Shown piece by piece: positions 49,957 to 61,470 of a DNA stretch of 64,000 nucleotides. The notes below the pieces were generated by a model. It made no database searches and was not told where the DNA came from. It saw only the letters and a program-made list of their open reading frames with translations. The stretch is from Candidatus Latescibacterota bacterium. GTDB taxonomy: Bacteria; Latescibacterota; UBA2968; GCA-2709665. The stretch's first letter is position 1; each line of letters starts with the position of its first letter. The position numbers and the translations under genes were made by a program. The stretch lies in NCBI GenBank assembly GCA_965248435.1, contig OZ252100.1:2432001-2496000 (forward strand). Reading direction: 5' to 3'.

Positions 49957-51335
49957 ACCTATATATAGTGTAAAAAGTGACGGTTTTCTCCTGTTCACTC
50001 TAAACATCTAAACTCCCAGACCTTAAACCAGATCACACCCATTAACCTTTTGAGGAGGGTCGGCAAATGCGCCATTTCGTACGAGCCTTCAGCCTCGCCT
50101 CCTCCATTTCGTTACTCTTCGCGTTTGATAGTTTTGCTGCGAAGGTCGAAAGGGGACCGGCGAGTCCAAGTACCTCCAGCGTGACACAGGTCACGCCGAT
50201 TCAGTCCAGGTGCCAGTCCAGTACAGTTTGGATGTTACAGCGGTTGGTCGACGACGGAATCGCACAGGCAGAGGACTATGTCTGTCTGGGGCACGCGCAC
50301 CTCGTCGCAAAAGACGGGAAAGCTGCAAAGCGTGCATTCAAGAGTGCCGTCGAACTCGGAGCAAAAGCCGCAGGTCACAACGGACTCGGACTGGTGAGCT
50401 GGAACAACAGGAACGGCGGAATGCAGGCAATCTTCCAATTTCGACGTGCCCTGGCAGAAGATCCAACCTTTGTGGATGCCCAGTTCAATCTCGCGGCAGC
50501 CTATCAGAAACTGAGACCGCGGGATGCCATGGCGGAATACGAGAAGGTCGTCGCGCTCGATCCGCAACATCGGGACGCCTACTACCGCATCGGTCAGCAG
50601 CGGGAAAAGATTGGAGAGACCGACCAGGCGATCACGGCCTACGAAACTCAGATTCGGGTCAATCCCACGCACGTCCGCGCGAAGTACAGGATGGGCAAGA
50701 TCGCTGCAGCGCGGGGCCAGTTGCGGAAGGCCGGGCTGATTTTTGGAGAGCTGACGACCGCGGGCGGCGACGTCGAAGCGTGGTCTTACCTGGAAATGGC
50801 CGTGCTGAACTACAGAATTCAGAAACTGGATCGCGCTCAGCGCTTCTTCGAGGCCTACATAAAGCGTCTGCCTGAAGAAGAGCGCTGGCTCTACCGGGAC
50901 ATTTCTCGGGACGCCACAAAGAAGCAGATGGTTATCTATAAGAATACGTCAGATGACAAGAAGGAGGAGATGGCCAGTCGATTCTGGGACCTTCACGATC
51001 CAACGCCGCTTACGGCCGTAAACGAACGGCTCGTTGAGCATTACCTGCGAGTGGCCACCGCACGAAAGAAATACTCGAGTGGGGAGTTTCCCTGGGACGC
51101 CCGCGGGGAAGTCTACATCCGTCTGGGGCGCCCGGATCACGTCAGTAGTTGGAATAATGTCCGTACCGAAGCCGATCCCGGGATCCAACTTGCCAGAGAG
51201 AAATTCTCGAATAGAGTCAGTTCCGACTTTTCCGCGTCTCCCGGTCTCCCCCTCTTCCCGATGAAACACCGCTGGGAATACTGGGTCTATCCAGAACTCG
51301 AGGGAGGCGTCGAGTTCACGTTCGAAAATCGGTTT

Positions 51336-52390
51336 GCTGGATTCAATGACTAAGTGCAACACTTGGACTTGAAGACTTCAGCTGGTGTTTTGAAGTTAAG
51401 ACATTTTCTTGGTCGGTTGTTGATCCGGTTCTGAATTTTCTTTAACTCGTGTTTGCTGACCTTTGAGAAGTCTGTCTTCTTGGGGAGGTATCTGCGGACC
51501 AGACCGATAGCGTTTTCCACAGCGCCTCGCTCCCAGCTGTGGAACGGTTTGCAGAAATAGGATTTGGTGCCAAGCACCTCGTTGACCCGTTGATGTTGGC
51601 CGTTTTCGGATCCGTTGTCATATGTGATGCTCTTCCTCATGTGGGGAGGATGTCGCCCAAGGCGTCGATTAATCGCTTCGGCGACCTCCGAGGGTCCGTT
51701 CTTTGCCAGCTTAGCCAGGTGTAGGTATCTCGACGATCGCTCAAGACAAGCGCCAACGGCCTGTTTGCTCTCACGAGAGATGATGGTGTCGGATTCCCAG
51801 TGGCCAGGTTGTTTCCGTTTTTCGATGTAACGGGGACGTCGATCGATCGAAATACGGCCTGGAATGTGGCTTTCCCGGTGTTTTCGGGTATGCCACCGCG
51901 GCTTTCGTTTTTTGTGAGCTCGGGATAAGCAAGCAACCAGATCCCGCTGCTTGCGCACCTTTGGATCGTAGATATACTGATAGATGGCTTCGTGGCTGAT
52001 ACCCGCGCTCGGACGCTCCTCGGGAAGCCTCCCAGCGATCAACTCGGGAGACCATCCTTGCTTGAGTTTGGTCTCGACATATCGCCGGATAACCGGATTC
52101 TTCAGCCGTTTCCGCTTGCCGGCCTCCCGCTTACGTTTCTCAGCCCTTCTGTGAGCCTGGAGGCCCGAGTAACTCTCAGCTATCGGGGACGGATTACGTT
52201 TCAACTCTCTTGAAATCGTGCTGGCGCTCCGGTCAAGGGCCTTGGCAATATCTCTAAGGCTTGCACCAGTGGCTCGACAAAGCGCAATCTGCTCGCGTTC
52301 GTCTATCGTAAGATGCTTGTAATTGTTTCCCATACACTTAGGATAGGACAGTTGCTACCCTAAGTGTTGCACTTCCTTATTGAACTCGGG
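51336..52390 (-). mobile_element. IS30-family insertion sequence, 1055 bp, TTT target duplication
   Basis: Imperfect ~28-bp inverted repeats (CTGGATTCAATGACTAAGTGCAACACTT / AAGTGTTGCACTTCCTTATTGAACTCGG). Confidence 0.95.
51350..52333 (-). CDS. IS30 transposase
   Basis: HTH STISRELKRN, WSPE.I, SHEAIY, GHWESDT, DNGSE, WERG..EN. Confidence 0.95.
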   Translation of the reverse strand: MGNNYKHLTIDEREQIALCRATGASLRDIAKALDRSASTISRELKRNPSPIAESYSGLQAHRRAEKRKREAGKRKRLKNPVIRRYVETKLKQGWSPELIAGRLPEERPSAGISHEAIYQYIYDPKVRKQRDLVACLSRAHKKRKPRWHTRKHRESHIPGRISIDRRPRYIEKRKQPGHWESDTIISRESKQAVGACLERSSRYLHLAKLAKNGPSEVAEAINRRLGRHPPHMRKSITYDNGSENGQHQRVNEVLGTKSYFCKPFHSWERGAVENAIGLVRRYLPKKTDFSKVSKHELKKIQNRINNRPRKCLNFKTPAEVFKSKCCT

Positions 52391-53425
52391 TTTACGAATC
52401 GACGCTATTCGTTCGCGCCCGTGCCCGAGCGGATCACACGTTCTACTCCCGTCCGCCCGGGAGCTTTCAACGGCGAAACGATCCTTCGAAATGTCACGGC
52501 CCGGCAGCCAAGTGTCTTCAAGAGGAACTTTGCGGACCTGCCGATAGACTTCCACTACTATCCAGCAAGCTTTCGCGGGAAGACTGGACAGACTCACCTC
52601 GAAATCTACTTCGGCCTCCCCGCCTCTCAAGGTGCCAGGCTTGAGGCGGACGGAGACGGCCTCCTCGTGCTGGACCGGGGTGTGACGCTTCACGACAGCC
52701 AGTGGAACGAAGTTCACAGAGTAGAAGACCAAATCATCTTCGAAATGCCTTCGGACGATCAGATTCAAGACGGGGCCTTCATTCCCAGCGTCCTCCCGGT
52801 CGATCTGCCCCCGGGATCCTACCATCTCTCGCTCCAGGTTCGGGACACGAAATCGGGAAAGTCTCAGATTTCCGAGCGGGAGATCACAGTGAACGACTAC
52901 GCTGAACGAGATGCGCTCCAGCTCAGCGATATCGAGCTCGCTTTCTCGATCTCCGAAGCAGATTCGGACGAGGGCTTCGTGAAGCACGGACTTCGGATCG
53001 TCCCGATGCCTTCACAAACCTTCAGAAAACACCAGCACCCGTTCGCCTACTTCGAAATCTACAACCTGACTCGGGATGAATACGGACAGAGCCACTACCG
53101 TGTCGAGTACGCGTTCCAGTCTGCCGAAAAGCCCTCCGTGCCCGTCCGTATTCTCAAGGGGCTTGGCCAGGCGATCGTTAGCTTCGGAGGCACCGAACAC
53201 GAGATCGTCGTCGCATACGACCGCCGCAGCGACACACCAGATGAGATGGCATACGTAGAACTCGACTTGACCGAAGCCGATCACGGCCAACAGCGCATCC
53301 GGGTCACCGTTACGGATCTGCTGACCGAGAAGCAGGCATCCAGGGAGGTCGCCTTCAAGGTCGTTCCCTGAGCCGGTTATCTCCACTCAAACGCGCTCCG
53401 CCAATCATATCCTCGAACGGTGCGC

Positions 53426-53460
53426 AAAGAGGCCCCTGAGGATCACCTCAGGGGCCTCTT
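53426..53460. terminator. Bidirectional terminator between convergent genes
   Basis: AAGAGGCCCCTGAGG-ATCA-CCTCAGGGGCCTCTT. Confidence 0.8.
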
Positions 53461-53553
53461 CTACTTGACACTATGCGGTTTCAGCTTTGCGGTACCCGGT
53501 ACCAGTGTTTTGCCTTCCCGGTACCCGTGTCTTGCCTTCCCGGTACCCGTGAC

Positions 53554-54030
53554 TTACTCTGAAGGAAGGCTCATCACCTTCCCATCTTTCGAGGTGACCT
53601 CCAGCCCGCCATCACCCTTCGGATCCGCGCCGGCAGTCACCAGGTTCTTTCCTTCGCTCGACATCACAGCCAGGAGCCCGTTCCCGCTATCCTTGTCTGC
53701 TCCCGCGAACACCAGATTCGTCTCGTTACTCGAATAGACTGCCAGCATCCCATTCCCCGCGTCACTCTGCGCGATCGTCGTCGTCCGGTTGCCCTCTGCG
53801 TTTCTCACGTCGATCCGTCCCCCCAGCATCCAGGAGTCCAGGTTCACGACCCAGTCTCCACTGTCGTTCACGATCCGGAGCCGCTTGCACTGAACGACCT
53901 CCTTCACCCCGGACCTGCCTGCAGCGGCACTGATTCCAGCCGCCAGAATCAGTGTAAGAATTACTGTCATCCTTCGCCAGCGGCGGACACTGATCTCCAG
54001 CTCGGTTAGGCAATCTCCTACGGTTTTCAT
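53554..54030 (-). CDS. Hypothetical membrane-anchored beta-repeat protein
   Basis: RBS GGAGGAG; one TM; repeated G.G.L.V....G units. Confidence 0.65.
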   Translation of the reverse strand: MKTVGDCLTELEISVRRWRRMTVILTLILAAGISAAAGRSGVKEVVQCKRLRIVNDSGDWVVNLDSWMLGGRIDVRNAEGNRTTTIAQSDAGNGMLAVYSSNETNLVFAGADKDSGNGLLAVMSSEGKNLVTAGADPKGDGGLEVTSKDGKVMSLPSE

Positions 54031-54224
54031 AATCTCCTCCCTGTCGATGTGTGAGCCTGAAAGCTCGCGCGATCCCAACATGATGAAGCTTATGGGGCCT
54101 CGAAATATTGCGAGTGCCAAGCGTCCTGTCAAACAAAATTGGGGCTTGAGCACCGTCCGAACTGGCGCTATATTGCGCCGGAACACGGGAGGGCGCGTTT
54201 CCACCTGGCGGAGGAGAAAAACCT

Positions 54225-54872
54225 ATGAGTGAAGCCAAAACGAGTGAAACCAAGCCCAGCATCAATATCTCACCGACCGGACCCTTCATCGTCAAAGGGC
54301 TGAAGCGGCTGACCGACGCGCAGGGCAACTCAATCGAAATAGACAAACCTGTGATCGCCCTCTGCCGATGCGGCGGCTCGAAGAACAAACCATTTTGTGA
54401 CGGCGCCCATTCATCCATCGGTTTCTCAGGTGCGAAGGAACGCGCCGAGGACTACGTGGCGAAGGAATTCGAGGGCAAGGAGCTTACGATCGTCGACAAC
54501 GTCGGGGTCTGCTGTCACGCCGGTGCGTGCGTGGACGGCGCGCCGTCTGTCTTTTTCAGCTGGGATGGAGACGAGCGCATCTCGGTCCCCGACGAAGCGG
54601 ACAAGCAGGCGATTATCGATACGATTCGGAAGTGTCCCTCCGGCTCCCTGGCATACAAGCTTCAGGACGAGCTGCACGATGAGTACTTCTCCGATCCGGA
54701 GATCTTCGTCTCGAAAGACGGACCCCTACACGTGCGAGGCGGGATCACCCTGAACAATCCCGCAGGAGAATCGCCGCTCGCATCCGACCATTTTACGCTT
54801 TGCCGGTGCGGCGTTTCGAAGAACAAGCCCTACTGCGACGGCGCGCACAAGGAGGCCGGGTTCGAGGGATAG
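54225..54872 (+). CDS. CDGSH iron-sulfur protein (CDGSH, divergent 4Fe-4S, CDGSH)
   Basis: Two LCRCG.SKNKP.CDGAH motifs; central C.HAG.C and CPSG.L. Confidence 0.92.
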   Translation: MSEAKTSETKPSINISPTGPFIVKGLKRLTDAQGNSIEIDKPVIALCRCGGSKNKPFCDGAHSSIGFSGAKERAEDYVAKEFEGKELTIVDNVGVCCHAGACVDGAPSVFFSWDGDERISVPDEADKQAIIDTIRKCPSGSLAYKLQDELHDEYFSDPEIFVSKDGPLHVRGGITLNNPAGESPLASDHFTLCRCGVSKNKPYCDGAHKEAGFEG

Positions 54873-55036
54873 GCTGCGACGAAATCGAGTCCTACCGGAA
54901 GTACTGAAGAGGGGTTACGTTTCCGAAACGTAACCCCTCGAATCTTTCCAGGCCCCGGGTTTCTGACTCCACTGAAACCAGGCCCGTCGCCGGGCGTCTA
55001 AGAGTGCGGCCGACGTCGAGGAATTCACAAGAAATC

Positions 55037-55082
55037 TTGACGTTAGATGCGTCACGGATATATTTACTTACCGGTAAATAAA
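55037..55082 (+). promoter_or_regulatory. Promoter and probable TetR operator of the efflux operon
   Basis: TTGACG-N16-TATATT overlapped by the near-perfect palindrome TTTACTTACCGGTAAATAAA. Confidence 0.7.
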
Positions 55083-55107
55083 ATCATCTAAAAAAAGGAC
55101 TTGATCT

Positions 55108-56424
55108 ATGCGGGATGTAGGGGTTACAGCGCTTCTGTGCCTGATTTTGGCAACGCCATCGGCAGCTCGCGTCCTGACTCTGGACACCGCCGTCGATCTG
55201 GCGCTTCAGAACAACGAGGAGATGCAGCTCGCCGACCAGGACAAGCTGCGAGCCCGGGAGGAGATTCGCGAAGGTTGGGCGGAAGCGCTGCCCGACATTC
55301 GCCTCACGAGTAACTACGATCGGTCCTGGATCCTGCCGATACTCGTCTTCGACACCCCCGAGGGTCGTCAGACATTTCAAATCGGAACCTCGAACAACAT
55401 CACTACGTCCGTCCGTCTCAGCCAGCCGCTTTACTCGGGTGGCAAAGTCGGGGCGGCGCTGCGGGCGGCGAGATCGTTCAGGGACTTCACTGACCAGGGC
55501 TACAAACTTTCCAAGCAGTCGGTTGCTGCGAGGACCGAGATCGGTTTTTACGACACGATCCTGGCGGAGTCCCTCGTTGACGTGACGGGTGAAGCGCTCG
55601 ACCTGGCGAGAGCGAATCTCGAGCAGGTAGAGTCTCTGCGTCGAGCCGGACGCGTCTCCGATTATGACCTTCTCCGAGCGCAGGTACAGGTGTCAGACCT
55701 GCTCCCTGATTCTATCCGGGCTGCAAAGAACCTGGAAGTCGCGTTGATGAACCTCAGGAATATCGTCGGGCTCGATCAGACCGAAGAGATCACATTGAGC
55801 GGATCGTTCAGGGATCAGACGGCGCTCGATTTGAACGATCTCGAAGCGCTTACGGAACGCGGACTCCAGGCACGCCCGGAGATTCAGCAGGCCGGCTTCG
55901 AGGTCAGGATTCGAGACGCCGCGATCCAGGTCCAGAAGTCCGAGATGCGCCCCTCTCTCGACCTGGTGGCGACGGGGCAGCTGGCGGTCCAGAGCGAGGA
56001 CTTCAGCCTCTCGGGCGAGGATGCACAGGAGAGCTGGGTCACCGGTGTCGCGCTGACCATCCCCCTGTTCGACGGTCTGAAGAACAGGGCGCTCGTCAAC
56101 AAAGCGAAAGTCGACAAGCGCAAGGCCGGGATTCAGGTGGATCGGCTCAGGAAACAGATCGGTCTGGAGATTCGTCGGGCCTGGTTTGACGTCAACGAGG
56201 CAAGGGAGCGGGTCGCCGCACAGGCGCAGGTCGTCGCACAGGCCGATAGAGGGGAGCGGATCGCAAGATCGAGGTATGGCAACGGCTTCGGAACACAGCT
56301 CGAGGTACTCGACGCGCAGCTCGTTCTGACGAGAAGCAGAACCGAATGGGTAGGAGCGAAGCGTGACCACGCGGTTTCCCTTGTCCGTTTGGAACGCGCC
56401 GTCGGGCTCGAGGTCGAGCCGTGA
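55108..56424 (+). CDS. TolC-family outer membrane efflux protein
   Basis: LTL..AV.LAL.NN, QPLYSGG, IPLFDG, Y.NG.GT.LEVLDAQ. Confidence 0.92.
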   Translation: MRDVGVTALLCLILATPSAARVLTLDTAVDLALQNNEEMQLADQDKLRAREEIREGWAEALPDIRLTSNYDRSWILPILVFDTPEGRQTFQIGTSNNITTSVRLSQPLYSGGKVGAALRAARSFRDFTDQGYKLSKQSVAARTEIGFYDTILAESLVDVTGEALDLARANLEQVESLRRAGRVSDYDLLRAQVQVSDLLPDSIRAAKNLEVALMNLRNIVGLDQTEEITLSGSFRDQTALDLNDLEALTERGLQARPEIQQAGFEVRIRDAAIQVQKSEMRPSLDLVATGQLAVQSEDFSLSGEDAQESWVTGVALTIPLFDGLKNRALVNKAKVDKRKAGIQVDRLRKQIGLEIRRAWFDVNEARERVAAQAQVVAQADRGERIARSRYGNGFGTQLEVLDAQLVLTRSRTEWVGAKRDHAVSLVRLERAVGLEVEP

Positions 56425-56480
56425 GGAGCTGGGTTCCAGGGTTTTCACGACTTCACATTCCATTCAACCCGGGGTGATGC

Positions 56481-57562
56481 ATGGTTTGGCACGAAGGCAG
56501 GGCAAAGGTGAGAAGAAGAACAATGATCCTGGTCGCGTTGATCGGCGGAGTGGTGAGCGGGTGTGGTGGGGATAAGGATGCCGTCGAAGCGACGGCCCCG
56601 GGAGAGCCGGCAAAGGCAGTCAACGTCGCGTCGATGACGGTTCGACCCGACTCCCTGACGCAGGTCAGCCGGTATCCCGCATCCGTCGAAGCCTGGCGGG
56701 ACGTTCAGCTCAGTTTTCTCGAGTCTGGGCCGGTTTCCAGAATCCTGGTCGATCTGGGCGACCGAGCGGTCACGGGACAGATGCTTGCGGCGCTGCACAC
56801 GAGCCTTCTGGACGCCGCGCTCATCGAGGCGGAGGCTGGGGTGAAGTTTCACAAATACAATTTTGAAAAATCCAAGCAGCTCTTCGGAGACGGAACGATC
56901 GCCGAGCGGGACCTGTTGCAGTCCGAGTATGACTACAAGCGAGCGGAGTCCAACCTCGCAACGATCCGACAGCGGCTGGTGAACAGCACCCTGCTGGCCC
57001 CCTTCTCTCGGGGACCGTCGCGGCTCGCGCGATTGAAGTGGGTGATCTCGTCGCTCCGGGCCTGCCCGCAATCCAACTCGTGCAGACAGACAAGGTCAAA
57101 ATGAGAGCCTGGGTGTCCGAGAATGATATCGGGGACTTCGAGGTCGGGCGCGACGTAGATGTTCTTTTAGACGCGATTCCGCGACGCGTTTTCGGCGGCC
57201 AGATTGGGAGAGTCGGGCCGGCGGCCGACCCTCGCCGACGCGTCTTTCCGATCGAGGTGAACATCGATAATGCAGACGGCGCGATCCGTCCAGGAATGGT
57301 CGGGAAGCTGGTGGTTCGCAGGAGAACGTTTACCGACGTCGTCGTCATACCGCGTGAAGCGATCGTCGAACGGGAGACAGGTCCGGTTGCGTTCGTCATC
57401 GAAAACGACCGAGCCGTCTTCAGATCTCTCCAACTGGGCGTAGGTCAGGGAAATCGGGTGATCGCGCTCTCTGGCGTCGAACCCGGGGAGCGCCTCATCG
57501 TTTCCGGCAGTCGCGATCTGATCGATGGCGAGCGTGTCATCGTCCGAGAGGTCGTCAGATGA
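56481..57562 (+). pseudogene. RND membrane fusion lipoprotein, frameshifted
   Basis: Lipobox VSGC; an extra TC in TCTCTC near 57004-57009 breaks APFSGTV..RAIEVGD. Confidence 0.85.
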
Positions 57563-60500
57563 AGATCACCGACTACGCGATCTCGAAAAAGGTCACCGTC
57601 TACGTGCTGGTCGTCCTGATGGTTCTGGCCGGCACGTCGACCTACTTGACCCTGCCGAGAGAAGCCGCGCCGGATATCGAGATTCCGTTCATCATCGTGA
57701 CCACGCCCTACGTCGGCGCCGCGCCGGCCGACGTCGAGAACCTTGTGACACGAAAGATCGAGAAGAAGCTGCAGGGACTCGAGAACGTGAAGGATCTGGG
57801 TTCGACCTCTGCGGAGGGGATCTCGACGATTCAGATCGAATTTGTCGCCGGGATCGACGTGGATGAAGTCCTGCAGAAGGTGAAGGACAAAGTCGACCTG
57901 GCCAAGCAGGACCTGCCCGATGACGCCGATGACCCGATCGTGTCCGAGGTGAATTTTTCGAACATCCCGATCATGATCGTCAATATGTCGGCTGATTACG
58001 GTCTTGTCCGACTGAAGGAGATCGGGGAGGACCTCTCGGACGAGATCGAGGCGATTCCCGGCGTCCTGGAGGTCCGCCTGGCCGGCGGGCTCGAAAGAGA
58101 GGTCAAAGTCGATGTCGATCCGGACCGGCTGGCCGTGTATGAGCTGTCGCTGAACGACGTCGTCGAAACGATACAGCGAGAGAACGTGACGCTTCCCGGT
58201 GGAAGCATGGATATCGGCGCTTACCGCTACTCTGTGCGGGTGCCCGGCGAGGTCGAGCATGTCTCCGAAATCGCCGACCTCGTGACCAAATCAGAAGACG
58301 GGCTGCCGGTCTACATCCGGGACGTGGCCCAAGTCACCTACGGGTTCGCAGAACCGACGAGCTACGCACGCCTGAACGCGAAACCGTGTGTCAGCCTCTC
58401 CGTGATCAAACGCAGCGGCGAGAACCTCATCGAGATCTCGGATCGCGTGAAGGACCTGTTGGTGACCCTTCAGCCGACCTTCCCGAACGGCACCTCGACA
58501 TCGATCCAGGGGGATCAGTCCGAAGACATTCGGATGATGGTGAAAGACCTGGAGAACAACATCATGTCCGGCCTGATCCTCGTGATCCTCGTGCTGTTCT
58601 TCTTCATGGGGCTTCGCAACGCCATCTTTGCCGGCGTTGCGATACCCCTGTCGATGTTGATATCGTTCGTGGTGATCGACGCGCTTGGGATGACGCTCAA
58701 CATGGTCGTGCTGTTCAGCCTCATCCTGGCGCTGGGTATGCTGGTCGACAACGCGATCGTGATCGTCGAAAACATCTACCGTCACGTTCAGAACGGAAAA
58801 CCACGAGAGCAGGGTGCAAGCGTCGGGACCAATGAGGTCGCCATTCCCGTGATCGCCTCCACGCTGACGACGCTGTGTGCCTTCGCCCCCATGATCTTCT
58901 GGCCGGGGATTATGGGAGAGTTCATGAAGTATCTGCCGATTACTCTGATCGTGACGCTCTCCTCTTCTCTGTTCGTTGGCCTCATCCTGAATCCGACGTT
59001 CTGCTCGACGTTTATGAAGGTCGATACTTCACCCGGCGACAAGGATCCCTGACTGACGGCCGTACTCGATCGATACCAGGAGATCCTGGACAGGGCGCTC
59101 GATGCGCCGGGCAAGACGATGCTCCTTGCCGGGGGCACGCTAGTCCTGGTGATCGTCACCTACGGCTTGCTCGGTCGCGGGGTAGAGTTCTTCCCCGATG
59201 TCGACCCGCGAAAGGCCTATGTGGACGTTCGAGCACCCTCAGGAACGCGCCTGCAAACGTCGGATAAACTGGTCGTCGAGATCGAAGACGTCCTGGGGTC
59301 CATGACCGACGTGGAAACCTATGTCGCCACCGTAGGGTCTTCAGCGGACCCCGAAGACTTCTCGTCGACCGCCGGATCGCCCCACAAGAGCAGAGTCACC
59401 CTGGACTTGATCGACGAGAAGTTGAGGCCGCACGACGGTTTCGCCGTGATCGACATGCTCCGCGACCGGCTCATCGGCATCACCGGCGCGGAGGTGGAGA
59501 TTACCAAGGAACGTGTCGGCCCCCCGACCGGGCCGCCGATAAACGTCGAGGTCGTCGGTGAAGACTTCGAGATCCTGGGCGAGCTCTCGTCGCAGGTCAA
59601 GCGAATCGTCGCCAGGGTTCCAGGCATCGTCGACGTGAAAGATGATTACGACAAAGGACGGCCGGAGGTTCGGGTGATCGTCGACCGGGAGGCGGCCGCG
59701 CTTGCTGATCTGAATACCTCACTGATCGCGCAGACGGTTCGCACGGCGATCTATGGAAACGAGGCGTCCGAGTTCCGTGTCGGCGAGGACGACTACGACA
59801 TCCGTGTTCGGCTGAAGGAGGATGCGAGAAAACGACTGTCCGATCTCGAGAATCTGATGATCGAAGAGGATGGCAAACTGGTGCCCCTGGGCACGGTCGC
59901 GCGCATCGAAACCGGGGGAGGGTTCAGCAGCATCAAGCGCAAAGATATGAAGCGCGTGGTCTCCATCGCGGGCAAAGTCGTCGGGCGCACGACGGATGAG
60001 GCCCTTACGGCCGTCCAGACAGCATTGTCGGACTTCAAACTGCCGCCCGGCTACCGGATCCAGTACACGGGCGAGAATGAAGATCAGAAGGAGTCCGCTG
60101 ACTTTCTGTCCAAGGCGTTCGTCGTTGCCGTATTCCTCATCGCGCTCGTCCTCATCACGCAGTTCAACTCGGTCGCGCTCCCCTTTGTCGTCCTCACGTC
60201 GGTCGTTCTCTCCCTGATCGGTGTGCTGCTCGGCCTGCTTATCACCGCTACGCCGTTCGGTATTCTGATGACTGGGATCGGCGTGATCAGCCTGGCGGGT
60301 GTGGTCGTGAACAACGCGATCGTCCTGATCGACTATATCCTCCGCCTGAGATCCGAAGGCAGGTCGCCCAGACAGGCAATCGTCGAGGCGGCACGGACGC
60401 GTTTCCGCCCGGTCCTCATGACGGCCATCACGACGATCCTCGGCCTCATCCCCCTGGCAACCGGAGTCAGCGTCGATTTCTTCTCCCTGTCGCTGGAGAT

Positions 60501-60675
60501 CGGGGGCCGCAGCAGTGAGTGGTGGGGGCCGATGGCGAAAGCGGTCGTGTTCGGACTGGCATTCGCAACCGTGCTGACGCTCGTCATCGTGCCTGTGATG
60601 GTGGAGTTGATCTGGTCAGCCACCGATCGTTTGAACCGAAGGAGCAAGCCCAGCCTGCACGCCGCGGCTGACTGA
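57559..60675 (+). CDS. AcrB-family RND permease with an in-frame TGA at 59050-59052 (halves 57559-59052 and 59119-60675)
   Basis: GMLVDNAIVIVEN, GVVVNNAIVLID, RFRPVLMT; both halves share one reading frame. Confidence 0.88.
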
Positions 60676-60683
60676 GGTAAGAG

Positions 60684-61316
60684 ATGACCGTAGCTGATAG
60701 GAAAATCCGAAGAGGGACGGGCAGACCGACCGATCTGGTCGAAGGAGAGGTGAGGGCACGCATCATCAGCGTGGCCGCGCGGGTCTTCTCTCAGAACGGC
60801 TACTCAGGCGCGTCCATCCAGGAGATCGTCGATGCGGCCGGGACGACGAAGCCCATGGTCTATTACTACTTCAAGAATAAACAGGCTCTGTATCAGGAAA
60901 TCTTCCGGACCGTACACCAGGCAATCGGTCGTGCTCAGGAAAAGATCGTCTTAAGGGACGATCTGTCGATCCGGGAGAAGCTGGTCGCGATCGTCGCGAC
61001 GCACTTCAAGCTCGGGTTGGAGTCTCCGGAGCGCGCCCGCTTCATGTTTGCCGCCCATTTCGGGCCGCGCAGGGCGATGCCGGCCGTGCACGATCCGGAA
61101 TGCGAGGATGTGATGTTCGGGACGCTGGTTCGCCTGGCCGGAGACGGTGTCGAGCGGGGCGAGCTCAGAGGGGATCCCATCGCGACCGCTCAGGCCCTGC
61201 TTGGACAGATCATGATCCACCTCACATTCCATCTCTCCGAGGACAATCCCATCCGCCTCACCGACAGATCCGCGGAAAATGTCGTCGATCTGCTGTGGCA
61301 AGGTGTCGGGATTTAG
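60684..61316 (+). CDS. TetR/AcrR family regulator
   Basis: A.RVF..NGY...SI.EI...AG.TKPMVYYYFKNK. Confidence 0.92.
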   Translation: MTVADRKIRRGTGRPTDLVEGEVRARIISVAARVFSQNGYSGASIQEIVDAAGTTKPMVYYYFKNKQALYQEIFRTVHQAIGRAQEKIVLRDDLSIREKLVAIVATHFKLGLESPERARFMFAAHFGPRRAMPAVHDPECEDVMFGTLVRLAGDGVERGELRGDPIATAQALLGQIMIHLTFHLSEDNPIRLTDRSAENVVDLLWQGVGI

Positions 61317-61325
61317 AATCACGGA

Positions 61326-61435
61326 AATCCCCCTCAATCCCCCTTTTAGGAAAGGGGAAAGAATTTATTTCTGGATGGGTACTCTTTCACAGAGGGCAAC
61401 CTTCCCCCTTTGGAAAAGGGGGGGAGGGGGGATTT
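61326..61435. repeat. Inverted pair of G/C-run palindromic repeats (same family as 21472-21507)
   Basis: AAATCCCCCTCAATCCCCCTTTTAGGAAAGGGG ... TTCCCCCTTTGGAAAAGGGGGGAGGGGGGATTT. Confidence 0.75.
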
Positions 61436-61470
61436 GTTTCCATGTCGACTTTCATAATCACCTGCTGGAA

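Larger units (their letters stand above)
50067..53371 (+). pseudogene. TPR + GWxTD domain protein interrupted by IS30 (about 748 aa when rejoined)
   Basis: Signal peptide, TPRs, FW...DPTP.T..NE...EH..R and WDARGEVYIRLG.PD; removing the IS and one TTT restores FENRF-TNRRYS in frame. Confidence 0.88.

Noticed and set aside
54163-54177. Sigma54-like TGGCGC...TTGC upstream of the CDGSH gene
   Set aside because: GG-to-GC spacing is one base short of the strict requirement.
59050-59052. Selenocysteine or a recoded genetic code at the RND TGA
   Set aside because: Not a Cys-type position, no evident SECIS hairpin, and TGA is a normal stop in many genes here.
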